Origin: Lama glama
Lineage: Eukaryota
Assembly (NCBI GenBank): GCA_028534125.1
Contig: CM052825.1
Coordinates: 1,674,001 to 1,738,000, forward strand
DNA: 64,000 nucleotides
Reading direction: 5' to 3'
Both the position numbers and the translations under genes were made by a program. Below the pieces are notes generated by a model. It did no database searches and was not told the DNA's origin. It saw nothing but the letters and a program-made list of their open reading frames with translations. Below, piece after piece: positions 1 through 12,829 of this stretch (position 1 is its first letter; each line of letters opens with the position of its first letter).

Positions 1-3000
1 GAACTTCAGCAAGCATGTGCCTGTACTCACACCAGCCCTGGCACTGGGCCCTGGGGACATGGGACCCAACCGGCACAGCCCCTGCGGGGCCGGGCTGGCA
101 ACTCTCAAGACCCCAGAGTGTGGGCCTGGAAGCTCAGAGGCTGTGGGGGCCAGGCAGGCTGGGGGAGGGGTGCAGAGACTTCAGAGGTGTCCCCTAACTG
201 CCATCACGGGGTCAGCAGGGCACTGTGAGGCATGGGGGAGCACTCCCAGAGAGGGACGGTGAGAGCAAGCGCCCGGCACAAGGCGCAGGCTGCAGCCTGC
301 ATCCTGAGGGGCCCTGGCAGCTGTGGCCTGGCGAGGGTCAGCCCTGAGCCCACAGCTCCTGACAGCAGAGCAGGGCCCTGGGGGATAGGGCTGGGGCACA
401 CAGCGAGGTGGGAGAGGGGAACCAGGGGCCCCTCAGTGCCTCCAGGGGACACCCACCCCAGCCCTGGGACTGCCACGGGCCCTTCTCCAGAGGAGGAAGC
501 CAGGGAGGGGCGTCCAGGAGGCTGGCGGGGTCCCACATCCTGAGGCACTATCTAGGAACCCATACATGTCCTGGCTGGAGCCCTGGGCCTGGGAGAGGAA
601 GGGGAGAGGCTGCCGCAGCTCCTGTGTCTGGGGGACACGCACCACTCCCCTCGGGCTGGCCATCTGCCCCAGCACCCTCTGCGGCCCAGCTCCACACAGC
701 CTTGTTGGTCCCCAGAACCCCTGGCGCAGGGGGGCGTCCACCATCCAGAGGAGGAGTCTGGGGCCCCCACATTGAAGCATGGAGGCAGGGTCTGAGCCAG
801 CACGGGCCTCCTAAGGGAAGTTCTGGAGCCCCCACCAGAGCCCCCACCTCCTGGGCTGGGCTGGGTTGGGCTGGGCGGGTGCAAGGGCTGGGGCCGCGGT
901 GCTGAGCTGGCTGTGCGGCCCGCAGCCGCCCCCACCCCCACCCCCAGCGCACTTGGCCGTGGCTCCCAGATGTCGGCCAGAAATTAAAAACAGCTTTTCC
1001 ACCAAGCTGGGCTTAGGTTTCACAAATTCCATGCTGGTGAGCTCGTGGCCATGCCTGGAGAAAGCACAGCCAGCAGCCAGCGTGCCGGGGCCCAGGAGGG
1101 GCCCAGCCTTTTGTCCAAGCCCCCCACGCTGAGACCTAGTTCCCGGCACCAGGCTGCACACACATGCACCAGCTGCAGGTCACCTCCTCAGGGGCACATG
1201 CCACGCTGCCCCCCAGGAACCAACAGGACAGACACCCAGTGAGGCAGGATCGGGCTGAAGCCTCAGAGAGCAGCTCTGGTCGGTCACCCCCCAGGCCCAG
1301 CACCCCCTCTGCTGCCCTCCCGGACCATGGGCCGGGTGGAGGAAGGCTAAGGCCCCGCACTGCTGCCCACACCGGCTCACAGAGGGAGCAGACACCAAAG
1401 AGCCCAGCACCGGAGCTGCCCTCGAAGCAAAGAGCATGTCTATTTTGGTCCCAGTGCCCTAACTCATCTCCCAGCACGACACTCAGAAAGCCTGTCTGCA
1501 AGAGCTTCTCCACCGGCCACCACTGGGAGCCCAGGTGACAGGCCTCAGATGCAGGCAGGAGCCACCAGACAGGCCTAGTCACATCATCAGGCTAGACCAG
1601 AGTCCAGCACCAGGGCTCGCCTCCACCAGGCAGATGCGCCCCGGGAACTCAGCCCAACCCCCGACTCCAGACTCAAACTTCTGGAGTGCCCCTCCCAGTG
1701 GCCAGGAACCCCGCCCAGAGCGCACGGGGCCAGAGGAGGAGTGCCAGGTAGGGGGACACTGGGCCTGCCACTCTTCTCAGAGGCAGAAGGAAGTGGTCAC
1801 TCAGGTTTTGGGCAGGCAGGCCTCACCCTGTGCCCTCGGCCAACACAGGACAGTCCAGCCATAGAGGGTGCCTGTGGACGAAACCAAGCCTCGCTTTGGC
1901 ACACCTGTCCCTCAGAGCCCACCTGCCTCCTGTGGGGACCAGGCCTCAGCCAGTCTCCTCTGGGGAGGGGGAGGGGGAGGGGCACACCAATGGGGGCTGC
2001 GGGTGACACACGCGTGCAGGCCTGTGTGTGTGCATGAGCCCATCCGGCACGTAACAAGCCCAGGCCATGGGCAGGGGCAGTGGGGAGGGAGGCTCCCGAG
2101 GCCCTTCTCCCACACCCCACCTGGCCCACCTGCCGACCCCAGCATGTCTCGGCCCCACAGGGCCTCGTCACGCTGAGCTGCAAAAGCCCGACTGTGGGTC
2201 TGAGTCCTCCCCAAGACCACGGGAGGTCCCAGAGAGCCACCTAGGGGCCAGTGTGTGTCCTGGCCAGCACAGGGCTCAGGCAGGCTCCCTGCAGACCCCA
2301 GCAGGCAGCACAGGCACAGCCAAGCACTCCTCGGGCCCTGCTGCACCCACACCGCCCTGTCTCGTGCCCCAGTCCCTCGGGGGGCCACGTGAGGCCCCTT
2401 CCGTATCCGTGATCCCGTCCCTGGGCTGCAGATTTGCTTCCTCTTCTCCAGCCAAAGACTCAGCAGAGCCGCCTTGGCGGGTAGGGGGTCTGGTCCTGAC
2501 CCCCGCTGAGGCTTCCTGAACTGCACCTGCTGGCAGGGCTCAGGGAGCCTCCTGACCAGACCTGGAAACCACAGGGGCTGTGTCCACGGGCTGGGCATGC
2601 TGACTGGAGCCGGGCCTCCCGTGTCTCCTGGCCCACCGACGCTAGCTGGCCAGTGGCCTCCGGTTCACTTCTGTAGAGGCAACAGTGCCCACCTCCCAGG
2701 GTCACCGTGTGGCTTCCCAGAGAAATACTTCTAAAACAAACAGCACGCGTCTCTTCGGCAGAACAGCTGTAGCTCAGGGACAGGAGCCACAGAGCACCCC
2801 GGGCCAGAGCCAAGGCAGGGGCTCCCCCGCCTCCCTCCAGTGCATGGGCCCTGCACCCCTGATGCCCAGCTCACAGCTGCTGTCCAAGCAGGGCTGCGCT
2901 AGGAGCTGCCACGCTGCCCCTCAAAGCGCTCTGTCCCATTTGGCACGTCTGTCACTTGCAGCCCCAGAATCCTAACCCTGGTGCCGTGGGATGCTGGGTA

Positions 3001-6000
3001 AGCATCGAGAGCTAAGGACCAAGGATGTGGTCCAAAGACCTGATGTTTAAAAGCAGGTGACAAGTTCTAGTCTTAGGTGGCAGCCCCCGCCCCCCGCCCT
3101 CCAGGTACAAGCACAGAGGCCGACTCCAGCTGAGGGGCTGCTTTCTTGTCTCCATTTTCCAAATGTTCCATGAATGTGTATCACCTTCGTAACTAGCAGA
3201 GAGGCAATAAATGCTGTTTTCAACCAGAGCGAATTTCCTTCTGATTGTGGGGAAGATGACAACAGGGCCAGCCGCACCCACAGGCACATGCCGACAATGC
3301 TTGAGTCACAGCGTCAAACCAACGTGCTGTGGTCCCTGCTGGGAGACTCCTGGCCCCTGAGGGTCCTGAGACCCAGAGTTCCAATCCCCCGTAAGTGGCC
3401 CTCCAGGCTGCACTCACGCACCTCCAGCACAGAGCACACACCACCTCCAAGGCAGCACGTTCAGACCAGAGAGACTCCCTTATTGAGGGCTGAGGCCCAG
3501 GCTTCTCTCTGCCTCAGGGCCTTTGCATGTGCAGTTGCCACTGCCTAGAACCCTCTTTCCCAAGGTCTCCACATAGCTACCTCATATCTTTAGAGTCTCA
3601 AAGGAAACACCTGAGCATTCAGGGCTCTAACGGGAAATGGGTTCACCACCCGCCAAGCTCCAGGTGAGTCCTCACCCTCTGCGTGTTCACAGCCTGGCTC
3701 ACAGCCTCCACAGCAGCCGAGGTAGCACCTCCTACAAGAAGCCTTCCTTGACTGACTGTTGGGCTCCTGTAGGCCTTGTCCTGACCTGAGCACAGCACTA
3801 CCACACCAGGCCACAACCACACCAAGTTCTCCTCTGCCTCTTCCAGCTTCCCCTGAACTGGCGGAGATAGTGAGCAAGAATGAGAGACTGAGGGCAGAGA
3901 CAGCGAGTTTGACCTCTGCCTCAGGACACCGGGGCTGTGGGAGGCTTGGGACAGGGTTATGGGGGGGGAGTCGGGAAGAGTCGTAGGAGTTAAGGGGCAG
4001 AACCCCCTAACTAAGTGAAGCCCAAAGAGGTGGATGGACCCACCCAAGGTCACACAGATGGGAAGCTACACAGCTGGGGCCCAGACCTGGCACCCCGCCA
4101 GCCAGGCATCCACACTCCAGCCTGCAGAGAACACTCTGAGACTCCTGCCTGCAGCCAGGACAGCCTTGACCATCGCCATGGAGCAGAGGTTCATCTCAGG
4201 CTGCATCAGGTCACCGGCTATGCCACCACCAGGGAGTCTCCTCCCTCCTCTGGGCCTGAGCCCCTCCCCTGTAAAAGGAGTGCTCCACCCATCAGCTGCC
4301 CAGGTTTGGGGAGCTCCTGGAAATGGCCCAGCCCCAGGGGAGCCAGGCCAGCAGCCAGGAGGGCAGGTGGGGGATGGAGCGGCACAGAGCAGACCCCAGA
4401 AGCCCCTCTGTCTTCCAGCACCTGCCAGCTCACAAATCCCACCAGCCCCTTGCCCACGGCAGCTCCCCGCTGCAGGCTGTCCTTCCAGCAAACACCATGA
4501 GCCCCTGGGAGACAGCTGTAATGGCCAGGGGCCCCTCCGCTCCAGAACGGAGGCCATGAGAATGTGGGAGCCTGAGACGCTTGGTCCCACGAGAAACCAC
4601 CAGCCTCGGGATGCAAAATCCCAGCCTAGCCTTGCGGAGGCCCCAAGCCCCCCGTGCAGGGCCAGCCAGGCCTCTGAGAGCTCTCAGAACAGCCCCCATT
4701 AGCTCCTGATCCCTGCAGTCACATCCCCCACAGGGGGCCAGCCGCGGGGGACCCAAGAAACTGCCTCCCAAGGCTGATGCTGGCTCCTCGTGTGAGAAAA
4801 GGCTCCTGACAGCCCCAAACAGTGCCTTCAAACAGGGCCTGGCCCATGGCGGTTCCAGTGGGTGGGGGGGGCAGCAAACAGCAAAGAAGGACAAACGCTG
4901 GACTTCCCAAGCCACACCACCCCCCACTCCTGCACCAGGCCCCGCCTTTCTCCTGGATGGCCTAGGAAGCAGAAGCCTCCTCCCCAGCTGGGCACAGCCA
5001 CGTGGCAGGAGAGGACTGCCAGGCCCCAGCAGCCCAGGTGGGTGCCGGCCACAGATAGGCCCCCAGGCCAGGAGGATAAGGGGTCTACCATCCACCAGTG
5101 GGACGACGGTAGTTGTCCCCCAACAGCTACGAATGCTCCACCAGGGGAGGCAGGAAGCGGCCCCAGACGACGGCCAGGCTGACCCACGGCCCACTCACTC
5201 AGAAAGGGAGCCCGTGGGCTGCACGCCCAGCACAGAGCAGGCGCACAGGGCTCCCACTTCCCCGCCGACCCTGCAAAGAAGGCGCGCCAGCCTGAACTTC
5301 AGGATGAGTCATCGAAGGCTCAGAGAGGTCAAGCGCTTGCCCAAAGCACCAGCACAGGAGGGCAGGGGCAGGACGCACGCCCAGGTCTGGCTCGCTCCAC
5401 AGCTCTGTGCCAGCAGTGGAGGTGGCGGGGGATGGAGACAGGCTGGTTTCCACACCGTGAATTATTCAGTGGCTAATTCTGCTCCTCGGAGAGGAGGCAG
5501 GAGAGAGGGTGAGTCAGAGCCCCTCCACAGCGGAGGCGAACGGTGCTCTCGGAGGAGGCCGGGGGCAGAAGCCAGGGTCCTCTCGGGGGCAAAGGGCCCT
5601 GCAGGAGGCCAGGCTGAGCGGCGGTGGGGGGCTTGGCCACCATGCTTGATGCCTCCACTAGCCGCAGGCCTCGGCCCCTCACTCACTACCCACCACATGC
5701 CAGGGCGCCCAGGAGGTCAGGAGGGATGGCAGCCAGATCACTCGTGGTTGGCAGCATGTGCAGGTGGCAGCCCATGGGCCAGCAGGAAAGCTGTGCGGGC
5801 ACCCCCGGTACCCCTGGAGCTTTAGAACTGGCAAGTAGCAGAAAACTTCCTTAAGTAAGAGACATTGTCCTGTTCTGTGGAAGCAGAGCCCTGGGGACAG
5901 ATGTGACAGAGCCATCACAGGTGAAGCTCCTGGGACAAACAGGAACAGCGTGGCCTCCAGCCCGGGCTTCCAGAACCTGGGCACATGGCTTTATAAGAAC

Positions 6001-7370
6001 CCTGCTGTCCCCGCGTGTGCTTGGGCCAATCCCTTGCCCCCTTCCTAATCTGCTTAGAAACAGATCAGCAGGACTAGGGGACCGGCCGCCAGGTGAGGGC
6101 TGAGCGGCGGGCTCCCCTGCAGAGCTGGGGTTCTGGTTCTCCTCCTCTGGATAAGGGAGGCCACAGCAGAGGACAGAGTTCTGAATTGTCCAGGTGTGAC
6201 ACGGTCCACGCAATACTGGACCTCCAGGCCATCTGGACGAGCAAAGCCGTTTCAACCTCACCCTGGGGGCTCTGCATTCATCCCTGAAGAGAAACCTAGA
6301 CATGTGCCAGGTGACCAGGAGTCCCAGTCATGGGGGTTCTGGAAGCTGGATCCCCAGACAGGAAGGAAATGCCACAGCCTGGTCTCCTGCCCTGCGCCCA
6401 AACGGCAGTGGCTCAGTGATGGGGGTGACACTGGGGCTTGGCAGGACCCCGGACCTGGGGCTCCAAGGGGAGAGTCTGGTCACATGGGGAGAGGGCTGCA
6501 AAGGGTCCATGCTGTCCCCGAGCTCTGCCCAGGCTTAGCTCCTTTCCAGCCTTCCAAACGGAGGCTCATCTGCATCCCTATGGCCAGCCCTCCCTCCCTC
6601 CCTCAGGTGCTATAGGCAGCCGGGTCTCTGGGCAGGCACTGTGTGTCCACCCCACAACCTGGCTGTCCAGCAGGGGGTCATTACCAGCCAGGGAGGGTTG
6701 GCAACTACACAGACCACTCGCCCACCAAGAGTCTGGCAGGGAGTGGGATTCCCGGGCTGCGGGTGAGGGGGCTGCACCCAATGCTCTCAGGCAACAGCTG
6801 TGGTCTCAGAGCCCTGGGGTCCTCTGGGTAAGGGGCTCTGCCTGGCAACACCCCCAGGGTGCCGCTGGTCAGCTGCCCGGGCAGGCACTGACAGCTGGCA
6901 AAGAGGGCTCCATGGAAGGGAAGGAGTTGGCTCCATGCAACCCCAGAAAGGAGGGTCTCAGTGACTCCAGAGGGGAAGGCTAGAATTTGCAGAAGCTGTG
7001 GACCCTCCACGGGGGATGAGGAGCCCTGACTCTCCAGCAGGGGAGATCCGTGATTGAGGGGGAGACTCTCCGGAATCACAGGGGTTGTGACCCACGAGGA
7101 GAAGTGGGCCATAATCCTCGATGGAGGGTGGGGAGTCTTTAGCCCCTCCAGGAAGAGAGGGCCAGGACCCTCGGGGAGGGGGCTCAGGACCCACGGAGGA
7201 GGAGGGGGCCGCGACCCTCGGTGGGGGATGGGGAGTCTTTAGACCTTCAAGAAAGAGGGGGAAGCACCCTGGGAAGGGGGATCGTGACTCGCAGGAAGGG
7301 CGGCCATGACCCTCGGAATGGAGGGGCCGTGACCCGGAATCTGACCCCCGACCCAGGGGACCCGCGTCAC
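1..7370 (-). other. TTYH3: TTYH3 intron 1 (partial)
   Basis: Follows the GT donor at 7370-7369. No TTYH3 exon 2 peptide (ALLLLG...) found before the window edge. Confidence 0.85.
7089..7290. repeat. Degenerate ~100-bp tandem duplication
   Basis: GGGAGTCTTTAG at 7131 and 7231, with similar flanks on both sides. Confidence 0.65.
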
Positions 7371-7493
7371 CTGCTGGTAGTCGGTGTCCTCGGGCCGGAA
7401 CTGGCTGCTGGTGGTCTCCCAGCGCAGGCTGAAATGGGGCAGCCGGTGCAGGAGGCTCACCCACCAGGGCGCCGCGTAGCTGACCCCGGCCAT
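7371..7493 (-). CDS. TTYH3: TTYH3 (protein tweety homolog 3) coding exon 1; remainder of gene lies beyond the left edge
   Basis: ATG at 7493 in a strong Kozak context (GCCATGG). Translates MAGVSYAAPWWVSLLHRLPHFSLRWETTSSQFRPEDTDYQQ, the recognisable TTYH3 N-terminus. 123 nt, followed by donor CAG|GTGACG. Confidence 0.96.
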
Positions 7494-7614
7494 GGCGGGC
7501 CGGCCGCTGGGGCGCGCGGCCGCCGCGGGGCTCCCTGGCTGCTCTGGGGCGCGGGGTTCAGGGGCCCGCCGACCCCGGCCTTGCCGCCCGCATAGCCCGC
7601 GCGCTCCTGGGCCC

Positions 7615-7672
7615 AGCCCGGCCCGGCTCGGCCCGGCTCGGCCCGGCTCGGCTGCGCTCGGCTCCGCTCGGC
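7615..7672. repeat. GC-rich pentamer repeat (CCCGG/CTCGG)n in TTYH3 5' UTR
   Basis: gcccggcccggctcggcccggctcggcccggctcgg... Confidence 0.75.
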
Positions 7673-8149
7673 CGCCCGCACCCGCCGCCTCTTTGTTCGC
7701 CGCCGCTGCCGCCGCGGCCACCGCCTCCGCGCGCCCCCGCCCACCGCCCCGCCCCACCCCCGCGCCGCCATTGGCCCGCCGCCCGCCGGCCCCGCCCCGA
7801 GCGCCCCGCCTCCGTACCGAGCCGCCATTGGCACGCGGTCGAGGCTCCGCCCACCCGGACCCCTTCCCTACCCGGACGAGGGCCGCTGGCGGGGGATGGC
7901 TGGGAGGGCCTGCAATCCTGGCAGCGGTCTCTCCATCCGCAAATGGGCCTGGGGGCCCGAACCCTGGCTGGAGGTGTAGATGTGCTTCTCCTGGGCGCGC
8001 CCGTTGGTTAGCCTATTGCACGTTCACCGAGCTTCTGCGGGGACGGCCTGGAGGGGCTGGGCTGGACCCCAGCATGCAGCCGCGGCTCACACACAGCCCA
8101 TGTGTTGTCCCGCAAAGAACTCAGTGAACTGTCTGTAAAACAAGGATGA

Positions 8150-8290
8150 TTTGGAGGCAGAGCCTGACTTGGTGACCTAGAACTGTGTGGTCTTGGGCAA
8201 GTCACTTAACCTCTCTGAGCATCAATGTCCTCGTGTGTAGTAGGAAAATACGACTGTAAAGTACTCAGAATATCAGAGTGTGACTCAGTA
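8150..8290. mobile_element. MIR SINE fragment
   Basis: MIR core tgtgtggtcttgggcaagtcacttaacctctctgagc. Confidence 0.7.
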
Positions 8291-9172
8291 CAAGTAAGTG
8301 GCCTGGTGGGGCGGAGAGGTAAATTCAGTTCCTACCCAGCCTTCCCTTTGCGGCAGGTTGGGTCTTTTGTCAGGACCTAAGAGAGAGACAGTGTCCTATC
8401 CTGGCTCCTCTGGGCCTGGAAATGCAGGCAGCTGCCGGGGAGGGCTGAGCATGGACTTTGAAGTCACACAGCTGCACTTCCTAGTGGGGCATCTTCGTGC
8501 TTGTTACGCAAGATGGAGACCGCACAAACAGGGGCAGCTGGAGGCGCTGTGGGCACCCCAGGGGTAGAAGTGTGTGCTCTGGACTTCCTGCATTCTGAGA
8601 AACAGGTTTCCACACCTGGGGCTCTGCTGTCTGCCATGCGTGGGCTCGGCCAGCTCTGTGGCTGGGCTAGACTCTTGCAGGCAGGGACAGCTCTGGGCAG
8701 TGGCTTCCCAAGAGGACCGTCCATCTGCTCATCTGACTGCCCTGACGCACCTGTTTTCCTGTGATAAGTCCAGTGGGCCCCAGTGGACCCTCCCACAAGC
8801 AGATGAGAAAGGGATATGTGGGGAAAAAGGCCTTTGCGATGCTGTGGTTTCCACTTTCCGGGTAATTCACAGACACCACCCAGCGGGGAATAACAGCCAG
8901 GCAGGCGAAGGGAGGTCACATTCTCCATCCCTAAAGGGGAGAGGTTCTGGTCCCTGATGTTGGCCGCAGATCACACAGCCATAGACTCTGGCTTTGTTCG
9001 CTGTGATTCGCATGCCCCCAGCACCAGCATGGCAGGTCTACCAGGGTCCCTAGGTGGAGGCATGGGGTCCCTGAGCTCCTTTCCACCTTCCCAGAAACCT
9101 CACAGAGTTGTGCATTTTCCTCTGGCAGGGCAGAAAGCCAGAGCCAAACATCACGTGAAATGAGAACTCAGG

Positions 9173-9598
9173 TGTGCCAGGTTGACTTCTGTCCTGCCAA
9201 AAGATGAGTCCAAGTCCAAACTCGTGGTGCCTGTGACTGTGATCTTGTTTGGGAACAGGGTCCCTGCAGATGTGGTCGAAGTCGCACTAGATTACGGAGG
9301 GCCCTAGTCCAAAGACAGTGGCCTTGTACGAGGGAAGCCTGAAAACAGTGATACAGAGATACAGAGACATGCAGAGAGCTCCATATGAGCACAGAGGCAG
9401 AGCGGGGGTGATGGAACCCCAAGGACTGCTGAGCCACCGGTAGCTGGGAGAGAGGCCGGATCCTCACAGCCTCAGAAGAAACCAACCCTGCTGACACCGC
9501 GACCTTGGACTTCAGCCTTCAGAACTGAGATAATAAGTTTCTGTTGATTAAGCTGCCCACTGTGTGGTCCTGTTATAAGCTGCCACAGGAAACATACA
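9173..9598 (+). mobile_element. MaLR solo LTR (MLT1-type)
   Basis: TG...CA termini, typical MLT1 end (ccaaccctgctgacacc...ggacttcagccttcagaactgagataataagtttctgttg...aacataca), and a near-matching 5-bp TSD (TCAGG/GCAGG). Confidence 0.8.
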
Positions 9599-10989
9599 GC
9601 AGGCTGTCCCGAGCTTTCGTTTGGCTGGCGTTCTGTGTCTCTGATTGGCACAAAATGGCAAAGGAGCTCGTCTTTGATTGCCACTTGCAATATATTTGGT
9701 GGGTGAAACCTTTTCTTAATGGGACCCACAGAGGAAGAATGACAAAGGAGGTCCAGGAAGGAGAAAAGGAGGACCCACAACATCCAGCTCTGGAAAAGCA
9801 CCTCCGGGGCCTCGACTGGGGAGCGTGAGCCCAGAACCTGCTCCCACCTGAGGTCTGGGTACTGGGGACAAAATCCCCATAGATCTGAAAAGCCCTTGAA
9901 AAATCGTGGTTTCCTGGGAACAAGTAGGGGCCAGGGGCTCTGGTGTCCCACGCCTGCAGCTGTGTGATCTCAGGGTCTTTACTTCTGTCCCTAATCTGCA
10001 CAACACGGTTCCTGTGGCTCCAGGGGGGTGAGGGTTAGAGAATGCCAGGTGACGGGGCAGGACTCAAGGAGGGCCCACCCCAACCCCACCGCCCTCCTGC
10101 TTGCGGCGCTCCCTGGCTGGAGCTGCAATGGTTCTTCCTGCCTGTCCCGGGACCTCTGTGGCTGGAGGCTGACTTGAGCCCCATTTGACAGATGGAGCAA
10201 CTGAAGCCTGGGTCCTGCTGTTGCTCAGGGGGCACGAGATCCACATGCGCCCGGGCAGGCAGCCAGGATCCAGCCTCATCCAGGCCAGACGGCCTGAAAC
10301 AGGGCTCCAGTGGCTGGAGAAGTCAGAGAGGATTTGGTCTGCAGTGCTGGCCACCAAGCAGGATGCCAAGGGACACACCTTCATTGACCTGGCAGTGACT
10401 CAGGACAAGGCAGCTGATGGCGAAACAGCTAGTCTTCCCCCAACTGAGGAAGCCATTCAGGCAGCAGTAAGAAGCTGCAGCCTCCCATCCCCTCCACCAT
10501 GGGGGCCCGGAAGGACCCAGCAGGGCTGGGCTCACGGGGGCAGGAAGGACCAGCTGAGCTGCCCTGAGCACCTACTTCCACAATCTCCTCTGGCCCCCAG
10601 CCGGGTTCCTACGTCACAGAGCCAGTGACGAGGGGGTTTTCGAGGTTCAGAAATGAAGAAACTTGCTCCTAATGCACACATTCATGTGGAAAGCAGATGG
10701 GTCTCAGCTTCCTTTATTTGCAGTGGGTCCCACCCACTGTGGAGGCCGTGCAGTCCAGGCTGTGTGTGGAAGGCCAGGCTGCGTGCCCAGCTCCCGGAAT
10801 GCTCCATCTTTGGGCATCATTCTTTCTTTGCTCTCACCCAGGACTTCTCGGCTCCAAAGCCCGGGAGTTTCCCTTTCCTTTCTTTTCAAATTAACTACCT
10901 TCTTTTCCAAGTCACAGGTCTTCTGGGCCCCAGCCTTTTGATGTCTAAAATGGGTAGAGTCCTACTTAAATGTGAGATGTATGTAAGAC

Positions 10990-11445
10990 AACATGACACA
11001 GCGGCACTATTCGTGACAGACAAAAGGCCACAACAGCCCAAATGTCCATCAGCCGATGAACCAATAGACAGAATGCAGTACCGCCACACGGTGGAATATT
11101 ACTCAGCCATGAAAAGGGATGAGGCACTGAAACACAGTACAACACGGATGAACCTCGAAAACATGATGCTCAGTGAGAGAAGCCAGACACAAGAGGCCAC
11201 ATACTGTCTGATTCCATTCATAGGAAATGCCCAGAAGAGAGGAATCCATGGAGACAGAAAGTGGATTAGCTGTTGCCAGGGGCTGGGAGAGGGGGATGGG
11301 AAGTGACTGCTTAATGGGTCAGGTGGGGTTCTTTTTCAGATGATAAAACGTTTTGGAAATAGTGATAATTGCACAACAGTATGAACAAACTTAATGCCAC
11401 TGAATCTACCTTAAAAAACGGTTTCATATATTTTATCACATGCAC
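10990..11445 (+). mobile_element. Old L1 3' end (L1MB-like)
   Basis: cccaaatgtccatcagc...gtggaatattactcagccatgaaaagg...atgaacctcgaaaacatgatgctcagtgagagaagccagacaca, typical of the L1 ORF2 end and 3' UTR. Confidence 0.85.
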
Positions 11446-12829
11446 AAATGATTCTGTGTAAAAGGGGCTCACTCAGCGTCTCCCTGTCTGCCTGCCTGAC
11501 TGCCTTCCTGGAAGTAGATTTTGTGAGTGAAGGACAGGGATGAGAAAATCTGCAGAGAGTGAACTGAGGGCTGAACTGCTTGGAAGCACCTGGTAGAAGC
11601 ATCTGGAATGGAGGAGGAGGCAGGCCAGGCCAGGAGCTCCCCAGGGTCTGTCTCCTGAGCCAGGAAGGTGGCTGGATTGAAGCTTCTGAATGGTTTGTCC
11701 CAAGACCTGTAGGCGCCGCGAGAAAGGCCAGGCAGGGGCTGGGTACCCCGTCGCTGGGGCGGAAGCCAGAACAATGGAATCCCCTGCGTTTGGACCGTGT
11801 CCAGCGAGGTTCACATTTTCCGTGGAGACAGAGCTTGTGAGAACTGTCAGGGAGAGGAGCGGGCTGGAGGCCGGGTTTCCCCCGGTCCCGCTGAGATGCA
11901 CAGCCAGCCCAGCGCCCAGTCCCCACGGACACCTGGCTATAACAAAGCCACAGGAGTGCTGCTTTCAAGTTGGCCGTGATGGAATTGCCCCGTGGCTCTG
12001 GGGCCTGGGAGAGATGCCAGCCAGTGTGGTCCCCAAGTGGGCCACACGAGCCAGCCAAACAGACCCAGCCAGAATGGTGATGTGCACACCTCTGGCTTGC
12101 CTGGAGTCACCTAGCCAGCAGCCTTGCCTACCCACAGAGCTCCAGGGAACCAGGAACTCGGCAGGGATGGCCTCCAAGCTGCCAAGGATGCTCAAACCCC
12201 AGCACGCACCACTGATCTCTCGCTTGGAGCCTCCTTACTCTTGTTTCACACACAGTGCTGACAAGACTGGTCTCCGTGTCCCAAGCCCAACACAGAGCAG
12301 CAGCAGCACCCGGGGGCAGGTATCATGGAGGGAGACTGGCACTGGATGAAAAGGTGCACCCTCCCCGTGCGGGTCCCTGGTCCCTGCCCACCTACCCAGC
12401 CCCACCTGGCAGCTGTGGTCAGCGCCGTGCCGAGAGTCACGGGACCTGGGCTCGTGCCAGGTTGTGCCTGCCAGCTGTGAGCCCTGTGGGAACCTGCGTC
12501 CCCTTCAGGGACCTCAGTGCTCACCAAGCCCATCTCCCCACGTTATAGCAGAGGAAGCTGAGGCTCCAAACCACAGCCCAGGAAGAAATCAGGAGGCTGT
12601 ATCCGGGAGAGAGGGTGACCGTGCGTGCACACACACACTTGCACAAACGCCTTTCACGCCCAGAGTCTCACTTCGTCCTTGCACGAGGCAGACGACCGCC
12701 ACCCCCATTTTAAGAGAAGGAAACAGGCTTTGAGAAGCGGGTGCAGAGGCAAGATGGAAAGCCCCTTCTTTTCTGGTTTAGTTCCCTCTCCGTGCAGCCC
12801 GCTGAGTGTTGTGTTTTCAAAAGGCCGAT

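Larger units (their letters stand above)
7280..8050. promoter_or_regulatory. TTYH3: CpG island / TTYH3 promoter and 5' UTR
   Basis: Very high GC and CpG density, GC boxes, and two CCAAT boxes on the minus strand (7770-7774, 7827-7831). Confidence 0.88.

Noticed and set aside
6664-6682. CTCF-like CCAGCAGGGGGTCA (similar one at ~36044)
   Set aside because: Mismatch at the conserved C after the G-run; such partial matches are common in GC-rich DNA.
10653-11306. 217-aa ORF with a protein-like C-terminal half
   Set aside because: The protein-like part (QPKCPS…EYYSAMK…MLSERSQ) is the L1 ORF2 C-terminus within an old L1 fragment.
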